Shown: in pieces, positions 39,276-49,162 of the stretch | Numbering within the stretch: the first letter of the stretch is position 1 | Layout of the letters: every line of letters begins with the position of its first letter | Source of the DNA: Hamiltosporidium tvaerminnensis FI-OER-3-3 | Lineage: Eukaryota; Fungi; Microsporidia | DNA: 64,000 nt | Assembly (NCBI GenBank): GCA_022605425.2 | Contig: CM061249.1 | Location: 868,001-932,000, forward strand | Direction of reading: 5' to 3' | Notes under the pieces: model-generated | The model's input: the letters and a program-made list of their open reading frames with translations, nothing else | Database searches by the model: none | Told to the model about the DNA's origin: nothing | Made by a program: the position numbers and the translations under genes

Positions 39276-40037
39276 CTGAAAATTTATAAAATTTAAATAT
39301 ATTTTAAGACTTAAAATAGGGTACTACCAAATTAAATAAAAACAATTCTCTTATTTCTACTAACAACCAATCGCATTATAATAAAAGAACAGTGACTAGA
39401 AAGGCGATCTTCTTGTTAGAGACGTACTTCAAACCTAGCCAGCCGCCTTTCAGAAAACATGGCCATATATTTAGTTCTTACTTATTTTCGCAGTTATGTT
39501 AAAATTATAAATTTCACGGTGATTCCAGCTATAATTCTAACAAGTATTATTGCAAAAAACTCACCCAACAACACATTTTTGATGTATAAATACACGTAAT
39601 ATATATTTATAGCTGTAAATCATATTCAATATAAATTCCTTTTCTTTTTTTTTAAATTCAGATCCACAAAATCTTATTTCCAATAGAATTTATAATTAAA
39701 TAATTCAATTCAGATTTAAAAAAAATTTCATAAAAAAGAATTTAAAATTCATTTTCATTCACTTAAATACTTATTCCAACATTCTTTTACCTCTAAGTTT
39801 TTTAAAAAAAGAATACGATTTTAGAATTTTCTCAGAAATATTACTGTTTCACGGAAAGCCAGTTTTAGGGTATTAACCATTCCAAGACTCATATATTCTT
39901 CTATTCTCTCCTCCAATCATATTAGTTTTACATTTGTATAATTCCTAGTCTGATTTACACCCCAGTGTATTAAATTTAAGATACTCCTTTATTTTTCTAT
40001 TTGTTTCTTTAAATATATTATAATTTATAGAATATAA

Positions 40038-40768
40038 GTGGAGGGAGGATAACCACATAAAAAACTTTCTGCTTCGCAATGAGTGTGTGAAACTGGTGTG
40101 AGATCATTGTTTGGATTTTTGGTGGGAATAAAACCACACTAAATCTTCGGTTGTTCCATGGGAGTTGTTATGACGAGGAGAGGTCTAAGAAATGGAGAAA
40201 CTTTTTCTACAAATTTATTTGTAGTTTTTTATGTAACCAGATTGCAGACCGCAGCTGAACATGTAGGTAATTGCCATGTAAAAACATGGAAACCTAGCCT
40301 TGCTCACTCGGGTTAGAAGACTTAGCGCCTGGGAGATATAAAACAAAAAAACATTTAAAGCCGGGAGAGCTAAGTAGCAGGTTATACCTGTTGGTATGAC
40401 ATTGCACTGTCTAGGTGGACCCCATGTAATTCTCTGAAATATATCTTAGCCGGAAGTTTATTGGGTTCAGAAAGTGTAGAGTAAGTGGGAATGCTGCATA
40501 GTCTTGGGGGAGCCCAGGGGGGGCTTCGGCCTTCGATCACACTCCATGCAACGGACATTAACGAACTCCGGGCAACTGCCTCGCCTAGTAATTAGGTTCT
40601 ACACACCTGGTAGATGAAAGGCTTTGGGACGTAGGTATCGCAGGGGTTACTGATGGAGTTTTGGGGTAGCAGTTATTTATGTTAAACCTAGAACTGCGTT
40701 AATGTCATGAAAACAAATATAACACTTGCCACTGCTTTAAAAAAGATGTGATACTTTAAAATAAAGTG
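40038..40768 (+). mobile_element. Structured repeat family, copy S5 (young, full length, with target-site duplication)
   Basis: GC-richer island; closely matches the reverse complement of 62802-63529 end to end; flanked by ATTTATAGAATATAA (40023-40037) and ATTTATAGATTATAA (40769-40783); ends in AATAAA. Confidence 0.88.
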
Positions 40769-41103
40769 ATTTATAGATTATAAATGATTAGCCCATAAAT
40801 TTAGTCTGATTTATATCCAATCAAAATATTTTAAATAATTTTCACACACCCATCATCAAACAAATACTTTCTAATTTAATTATTCTTCCTTCTACCCCCT
40901 ATTTTTCCTAAAGCATTAATTATAAATCAAACAAAAAAACGTACCTTTTTTTAAATCCATAATTTATTTTTAAAAATTACAAAATAAAATTTGACTCATT
41001 TAAATGTATTTAACCGAAATAAATTATAAACAACCCTTTTAACAGTTATTACATCTAATTAATCTGATTATAATTTCTTAAACAAGAAAGAAAAAAAACC
41101 TTA

Positions 41104-41270
41104 GATAACTAATATATCAATAAATCAATGTATAAATCAGAAAATAAAACCAAATCTTTTTTTTAACCATCGAAATAACTAATATATCAATAAACAAATG
41201 TATAAATCAGGTAATAATAATACAAACTTATTATAAAATCTTATAAACTAAAATATCAGTAAATTCAATA
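41104..41270. repeat. Short tandem duplication 3' of PITP
   Basis: ATAACTAATATATCAATAAA.(C/A)AATGTATAAATCAG twice, plus a degenerate third copy. Confidence 0.75.
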
Positions 41271-41298
41271 AAAGACCAAACCTTATTTATTAACCTTT

Positions 41299-42126
41299 CT
41301 ACTTACTACTAACATTCTCACTAACAATCTTCTTCAATTCTTCTTTAGTAGTAACCTCTATCTGTCTTATATCTTCAAGTGTTAAATCACACCAGTTATC
41401 CATATCACAAAACAATTTCTGATGCGCCCCAATAAATATTTTCTGAATATTTCTATCAACTTCTTTAGTCAACCATCCAAATCCAAAATAATTAATTTCA
41501 ACCGTTACATACTTATAACACGTCATAAGCGGTATATTCTTATCTACACACTCTTCAATCCAATCTTTATATTCTTTATTCTTACTTTTATCTTTTCCAT
41601 CTCTACTTTGAATAACCAACGGTCCAATTCCTTTCTTCTCACTTCTGAAAACAGTAGGATCATATTTAGTATCAACTATAGTCTTACTAATATCTATATA
41701 CTCTACTTTGGTTTCTTTCCATTCCCCAATACTTTTGTTAAAAATATTTTCTTTATAAATATTTCCATCAATGTGTAAAGATTCTACTGTCACTTTAAAA
41801 GAACTTGAACTGAATGCTTTATTGGTATATGTTGTTACACATTTAGGGAAAAAATTATATGCTACTTCTTCTAAAGATAAAGCTTTAGAAGGTAAAACTT
41901 TACGTATAACTGAAGGTACCTTAGAATTTAAATTCATTGTTTTTATTGTTTTTCTACATTTTCCATATATTTCATGATCAAAATCTATATTTTCTAATAT
42001 TTCTATTGATGTATCTCCTGTACTTTCACTTTTACTCATTTCTGCTACTGTGTACAATTGTGCTATGTTGTATTCAGAAAGTGTCACAGGAAGAACTATT
42101 CTATACTCTTTTCGTAGTGTTGTCAT
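41299..42126 (-). CDS. Class I phosphatidylinositol transfer protein (PITP / IP_trans)
   Basis: KEYRIVLP.T.SEY.IAQLY, EE.AYN.FP.C.T.YTN, MTCYK.V.VE, HQKLFC.MD.W.DLTLEDIR.IE; CCCCC before the ATG. Confidence 0.93.
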   Translation of the reverse strand: MTTLRKEYRIVLPVTLSEYNIAQLYTVAEMSKSESTGDTSIEILENIDFDHEIYGKCRKTIKTMNLNSKVPSVIRKVLPSKALSLEEVAYNFFPKCVTTYTNKAFSSSSFKVTVESLHIDGNIYKENIFNKSIGEWKETKVEYIDISKTIVDTKYDPTVFRSEKKGIGPLVIQSRDGKDKSKNKEYKDWIEECVDKNIPLMTCYKYVTVEINYFGFGWLTKEVDRNIQKIFIGAHQKLFCDMDNWCDLTLEDIRQIEVTTKEELKKIVSENVSSK

Positions 42127-42149
42127 TACTAAAGGGGGTAATGATGTAA

Positions 42150-42600
42150 TTGTTAAATATTATTAAAAAAGTAAAGAATAGATTAAAATATTTGAATAAA
42201 ATATTGGAATAATATCAGATTGAATATGATTGTTAAATATTATTAAAGAAGTAAGGAATAGATTAAATATTGGAATAATATTATATTGAATGTAATTGTT
42301 AACTATTATTAAAGAAGTAAAGAATAGATTAAAATCTAGGATTAAAATATTGGAATATATCAGATTGAATATGATTGTAATATTATTAAAGAAGTAAGGA
42401 ATAGATTAAAATCTAGGATTAAAATATGTGATTGAATAGAATTTTAATCTATTATTAAAGAAGTAAAGAAATATATTTTAATTGGAAGACAAGGGTTTTG
42501 AATAATAGAATATAAAATATTCTAATTGAATGTAAAATATTGATTTGAATATAAAATATTGATTTGAATATAAATATTATAGATTAAAATAAAATATAAT
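42150..42600. repeat. Degenerate tandem array upstream of PITP
   Basis: TATTATTAAAGAAGTAA(A/G)GAATAGATTAAA reiterated ~5 times, plus shorter TGAATATAAAATATT units. Confidence 0.85.
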
Positions 42601-42669
42601 AGAATTATATTAGATATTTGAGGTATTAAAAGAAAAATATATTATAATACTATCAGATATAAGATTCAA

Positions 42670-45600
42670 ATGGGTAGAATTAAAAAATTTACCAGCGAAA
42701 ATATAAAAAATGAAAAAATAAAGGCCCTAAACACCTTGGAGAACAGCGCAGGAGAGATTAAAATATGTGATATAGATGTAGAAATGATATTCGAGAGACT
42801 TATACCCCAAACAGACCTTCCACAACACCAACAACCAAGCAATAATTGCCAGACTAGTCCAGTCTGCTTGGTTGACATCATACCCTCGTTTTCCGGTACC
42901 GATGCCACTGCGTGTGGACCAGCCAACGGCATTAAAAAATCCTAATATTGATGCCATTCTAGAAGGAAATCGACTCATAGTATTGCATAAAATACTTGAC
43001 TCTGTCGCTGCAGTAGAGCAGGAATGGCTTAGATCTGTTATTCTAGCAGTACAAAAGAGGTTTGAGAGAATGCCCAGAAATATAAAGCCCGCTACTCTGA
43101 GGTAATATAATGAGAAATTTAGCTGCACATTAGATATCGATGCGTTTAAAAAACTCGCACAAAATGAGGCAGAAAGGGAAATAAGGCAAGAAGAAGATGG
43201 AGAGCGACGTAGAATCGCCACAAGTCTCACTGAGCCATGCAGCCTGACTGACACCACGGAGTACATAAACCTGAGAGATAGAATTTGAGAAAATCAAATA
43301 AATCTCGGAGAAGGAAATTGGAAAAGTGGTGGTCCGAACTCGAAAACATCCAAAAAAATTATTTGATAGTAAAGTTCTGGACCTTATTAATCGAATTATG
43401 GGTGAGTATACTGATTCTTATTTGCCGATGATGATAACTGCAGTAGCACGGATAATCTAGGCAGCCCAGGTATGCTATGACGAGGCAACACGCAAAGAGA
43501 AGCCTAGATCCGCTTGGAAGGAAAACATAGAAAGTAAAATTTCTAAGTAAGTACTTTCCAAAGATCTTCTCGAGAAAGCTCGTAAGCAGAAAAAGCTCTC
43601 CACTTCGGAAACGAAGAGCCTTAAGAAAATCATGCGAGAGTTTAATTTAAACTTGAGCAGTGTAACGAATCTTTCTGAGGCTTTAGTCAAGAAGAATAAG
43701 TCTTTGAATGTTTACGAGAAAAAAATTACGATGCGTGAAAGTTGGAAGCAATTCTGAAAAGAGGATCTTATGTTTGAGCTTGTCTGAGGTCGATTTTATC
43801 GAGGGTTATCTGACCGTGTTGAACGAGCATGTGGTCAGTCGTGATGAAATTGTGAGTTTTTGGTCTATAATGTGGAACAAAGATGATGGTTCAGTCACGT
43901 ATGATGATTTTTTTTATTTCATTTGTATCAGATAATCATCCGATCACGTTTCCTTTACTTGGTGAATTTGTAAATATCATTAATTGGCTTCCCAATTGGA
44001 AAGCTGCTGGAATTGATGGTATTTACTATTTTTTTATTATAAACTTACAACTCTTCACAAATATATTTATGATATTGTAAAAGTTAATGTTTAGAGGGAA
44101 CACCTCAAGCTGATTGGTTTTACTACAGGCTTACCTATTTGATACCCAAAGGAATTCCACAAAGAGGCTCTGACTACAGGCCAATCACTTGTATGTCCAA
44201 TCTCTACAAGTTAACGACAAAGTGTGTAACGAAAGTCGTTCAAATTGAAGTGGAAAGGCGAGGGTGGCTTTCAGAGAATCAATTAGAGGGCGGTAAGAGG
44301 TGTGCAGGGAGCGAAAGAGCAGGCTCTACTGAATATTGCCATAAATAAAGAGTACGGAAACAATCTTAAGGCAACATGGATTGATGTTAAAAAAGCTTAT
44401 GATTCAATAGACCATGCTTATTTAACTCAATGCATTGAAAACCTTAATTTACCTGATTGGATCTTGAAATTTATCAAGGTAATTATATCAAAATGAAATT
44501 GATATATCAGTAGGGCCTGAAAAAATCAAAAACAAGAAGCTTGCGGAGAGCGATTCTGCAAGAAGATAGTTTGTCACCATTGTTATTTGTGTTGTGTATG
44601 GATCCATTGAGCCGAAAGCTTAATGAAAAATGCACAAAAGTGACAGTACAAACAGATGCAGAATCCCATTCTACTAATCATCTCTTGTTTATTGATATCT
44701 AAAGCTCCTTGCCAAAGACAGTTCGAAATTGAGTGCTATGACACGAGGCAAAGGAATTTTTAGAGGTGATTAGGTTAGAGATTAACAAAGAGAAGTCAGC
44801 CACAAATGATACGTGTTGTGAAGATACTGCTACTCTTCTAGAAGGTGTTAGTGTTTACAAATATTTAGGAATAATAGAAGATAGCAGAGGAATCCCAACA
44901 CGTAGCTCATTTGAAGAAGTACAGAGCAAACTTATATCAAGAGTTGAAAGACTTTGTCACACTAGATTAAATGCAAAAAATTTATCTTTTGCAATCAATC
45001 AACATGCGATATCGTTAATCAACTATCACATAGGAGTACTTCGACTTGAACCGGCTGACTTCTCTAAGTTAGATGATGCAGTGCGTGCGGTGTTGGTGAA
45101 GAATAAGATACATCTCCGCCCAGGATGTAAAGAGCGTTTATACCTTCCTAGAGCAGAACTTGGAAGAGGCCTACATAGTGTTGAGTTGCGAAGCGAACAT
45201 ATGCTTCTGCTAATCTTGGATTGTCTGGAAAAAAGTAAAGAAATATCAACTAGACGAGCAGCAATCCTTAAGGTGGTGAATAATAATAAAACCCATCTTG
45301 GACTAATAAAAGGCTTCTTAAAAGTAAAGTACAGGTTGGTAGAAGAAGTCACTAAGAAAAGTTTAGAAGAAGCTCAACTTGCAAAACTATATAACGAAAT
45401 AGAAAAACGAAAACTCCATTCAAAGTTATATAATGCAAGAAAAAAATGAGCTTGCAAGTGTTAGTGACTCTTCAAGATGGCTAAAGAGAGGAAATATTAG
45501 GCCACGAAATAAAGCAGTGTTCTGTTATATCCAGGATAGAAATGTATTCTGGAGAACAGATGGTATGTGTCAACATTCGGGAAGTCTGGTAAGACTGTAG

Positions 45601-46440
45601 ATCATCTAGCAACTCGATGTGAAAAAATGCTAGGCCATGATTGCACTAGACGGCATAATGAAGTGGTTAGATGCCTACACCTTCTTCTTCTAAATAGATA
45701 TAAGTTTAAGTCCTCAAAACGAATTAGGAGCCACTCAGTTCAAGAAATTCTTGATAAAGAATATGCAGAGATAAGAGTGGACACTAGAATAAAAACTGAT
45801 GTTAAAATCCGGAATAACAGACCCGAAATATTTATTTTAGATAAGAAGAAGAATAAGATAACACTCATTGAAGTAGGAATCACTTCCCAAGATTCACTTC
45901 AAATAGTTGAAAGTGAAAAACTTAGGAAGTATGACCTGCTAGCCAATGAGTTGGGTCTTATTTATAAGTGTAGTGTTGAGATAATCCCTTATGTGATGAC
46001 CTGGGACCGTATTGTGACAAAATACCATAAATCTCATTTTAAAAGACTAGAAATACCCATGAATGTAGAGGCATACATTCAGTCTTAGTACTTAAGAAGA
46101 CAGTCAAAACAATTTCCTTTGATCGACGAAGAGAGCTTGAGTCAAGACTAAATGCCGAAGAGAGCTGGGAGAGAGCGTCAGTGGATGTTATTATGAGAGC
46201 AGAGATGCATGAGGAACATACATTTTCTTTAAAAGAAGCGAAATGAGAGGAAGATGGTGCAAAAAATTTTAAACCAAAATATAAAGCACCCTTTATTTTA
46301 CAAGGAGGAACCACTTTAGAGGAACCGACCAATAACATAAATGAAGAGTCGGATTTGGAAGAAGAGACAAAAGTGGTTAAAGAGGTAGAAGAAAACATAA
46401 AAAAATGTTAAAAATATTTTAACCCATAATTTTATTAAAC
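42670..46440 (+). mobile_element. Full-length but decayed RLE non-LTR retrotransposon (copy A)
   Basis: Starts MGR.K like copies B and D; RT, zinc-knuckle and endonuclease segments are broken by many stops and frameshifts; ends ...TTTTAACCCATAATTTTATTAAA. Confidence 0.95.
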
Positions 46441-47911
46441 AAAAAAAATATACTTAGATATATACTATTATACAAGTAGAAAAATCTATTATGCTACACC
46501 TTCTTCTTTAAATGTATTTTTATCTAATTTCATTTCCCTAAAAATTAAATCTTATATTCCATCCTAATATAATTTCACATTAATTTAATTCATTCTAATA
46601 AATTTCTTTCAATTCAATCCTAATTCTATTCGATGATGTAATTTTAATCTTATTTACTAAAATGATACCTGTATGATCACTTTAGCATCTAATTCGTATA
46701 CCTTTGTCCCTAATTTTTATTTAGAAGTTCTAAATACTAACCAAGTAACTTAAAGATCAAAACAATAGAATTAAGTTTCTGTATTAAGAAGATTTTTTAA
46801 ATAAATATGTTAACAGGTCTAATCTTGAATTATATTCCTAGTTTAAGCTATATGTGACTAAATCTTGAACAAAAAATTCTTAATTTCATTTATATAAATT
46901 AAAATAATGGCTTAAGTGTATAGAATGCTAGTATGAGATATCTCCCCGATATAATATTATTCTTAGCATCTAATTATATTTTATTCCCTGTGTGTAACCA
47001 AAAAAGGCTGTTGCAAAGATAGAATGAATTACTAGTATTTTGCAATATATTTTGTTATTAATTTACTATGTATTTCTTTGTTGCCTGATAGACATCAAAC
47101 GATTGCATTTACGTGTGTTTTTAATCTATCAAAGATCTTGGCACATATTTGGTATAAATATAGCAGATTGAAACAAAATTTTCGGTTTATAAATTATACT
47201 ATAAATGGAAGTTAATATAACAGATGTGTTATACTGAGAAATTTGAAAAAAAATATTTTTTGATAAAATATTTAAAATTTAATTATAAAAGTCGGACATA
47301 TAATCTTATTCAGTAGCTAAAAATTTTAAAATATATAAATTCAAATAAAATGTAGGACTTAAATAATCTCATTTGCTTGCTGATAAAGGTAAAAAATATC
47401 TACATACTAAAATAAAGTGTAAAATTCTTTTTTTATTCTCTTCTATCAGATATAAAGTACTATTAAGTTAATATTTTTATTAAATTACGTCTAATTCGAG
47501 AAGATATATAATTTCAGCTATTTACAATCACACTCTGCTCGAATACACTTAAAAATTAAAAAAATAATAGATAAAAGAATAAAAGATTTTAAATAATTTA
47601 GCTTAAATTTATCTCTTTTATTACAAAACGAAAGAACATCTTCAATTTATGGTTTAAAATATTCAATTGTTTAGTATTTTATTTAAAGTTAACAATATAA
47701 GATATGATAATAAATGTTAGATGAATTTTATTTGAAATTAATTAAATATCTGATGTAATATCATTAAGGAAATTACAATAAGATTAATAGATATATTAAT
47801 AACCTTTTTTTTATTTTGATACACTTTGTTTAAGATAAAGAAAATCAATGCAAATTTATAAACAAACACTCGATTTCAAATCTATATAATAAGAAAAACA
47901 ATAATAAACAA

Positions 47912-49117
47912 ATGATTGTAAAAATAAAGAACAGCGGAAATATTAGAAAAATTAATATTTCAGAAGTAACAAAAAATCAGGGACTTGAATCGAGTGAACT
48001 GATTGGAATCTTAAATAAAATCGATGAATCCAAGCAAGATAGTAATGATATGGGAAATATACACAAAAGTATATTTAGAATACTTAAAAATTCGAAATTG
48101 AAAGAGAAAGAAGAAGAGAGTATTAAAACTAAAGATGATTTAAAAAAAGCAAATTTATCCTTTCTTGAAAATGTAGCAGTTAAAGTACATGAAATCAATA
48201 TTTGGAATCATGAAGACAAGAGATTCCTGATGTTAAAATATCATATGGAATATAAATTTCCTATAATGATATACAAAAAAAATGAAATTTATTTTCAATC
48301 AAAACTGGTAAATAAACCATCTCGAGATGAAAAACAACAAATTACATTTAATAAATTGGAAAATAAGGACCAAAAAGCTAATGATACTATAAAATATGAT
48401 TTACTTAGAGATAAAGAAAAGATCAAATTGGCTTGTTTTTGCTTTAAGAAGCTCCGTAAATATAGATCCAGCTTTAAAGATAATATTTTAGAAAAAATTT
48501 CTGATATATTCAGATCTTCGTTTAAGAAAGATTCTTATCATATAAAAAAAGCAAATACATTTGTTTATACCGTTGGTGACCATATTTTAGATGAAGGGAT
48601 CAAAAAAGAGGGATTGTTTAGAATTTCTGGTAAATATGCCTATTATAAATTTATGCCGGGTGTTTTAGCTGCAGGAAAGAGATATGATTATACTGAGTTA
48701 TCTGTTCATGACAACGCTTCAATTTTCAAAGCATATATTCGGGAGATAATGAATGGGATAATTTCAGTTCAGATTGCAGAAAGGGTGATGAAAATAATAA
48801 AAAACCAGACGGATCCTTCAATATTAGAATACATTGTGCCTTTAATAATATTTTCGATTACAAATGAAAATAGAAAGATGCTTATCTATTTACAGAAAAT
48901 CTTTCGAAAAGTTAATCAGTATTCAAAAGATAATAAAATGGGGTCAGATAATCTATACAAAATTTTTACTCCTACTATTTTTCCAACTATTGAATGTTAT
49001 GATTTGCAATCCTTAAATTTGCAAATTGAGATTGTAAAAAGAATTTTTGAGTCAAATTTAACAGACATCCCTTGTTTTTTGTATGAAGAAGCACTTTCAC
49101 CCGCTAAAAATCAATAA
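47912..49117 (+). CDS. RhoGAP-domain protein, copy 1
   Basis: Arginine finger EGLFRISG, VHDNASIFKAYIRE, NKM..DNL.KIF.PTIF; stop codon lies within AATAAA. Confidence 0.88.
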   Translation: MIVKIKNSGNIRKINISEVTKNQGLESSELIGILNKIDESKQDSNDMGNIHKSIFRILKNSKLKEKEEESIKTKDDLKKANLSFLENVAVKVHEINIWNHEDKRFLMLKYHMEYKFPIMIYKKNEIYFQSKLVNKPSRDEKQQITFNKLENKDQKANDTIKYDLLRDKEKIKLACFCFKKLRKYRSSFKDNILEKISDIFRSSFKKDSYHIKKANTFVYTVGDHILDEGIKKEGLFRISGKYAYYKFMPGVLAAGKRYDYTELSVHDNASIFKAYIREIMNGIISVQIAERVMKIIKNQTDPSILEYIVPLIIFSITNENRKMLIYLQKIFRKVNQYSKDNKMGSDNLYKIFTPTIFPTIECYDLQSLNLQIEIVKRIFESNLTDIPCFLYEEALSPAKNQ

Positions 49118-49137
49118 ATCCTTTAATTTTCAAATTT

Positions 49138-49161
49138 TAATGTTTTAATGTTTTAATGTTT
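49138..49161. repeat. (TAATGTTT)3 at the 5' junction of element B; the same octamer flanks both ends of B and D
   Basis: 3 units at 49138 and 57305; 4 units at 52963-52994; 5 units at 61135-61174. Confidence 0.92.
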
Positions 49162-49162
49162 T

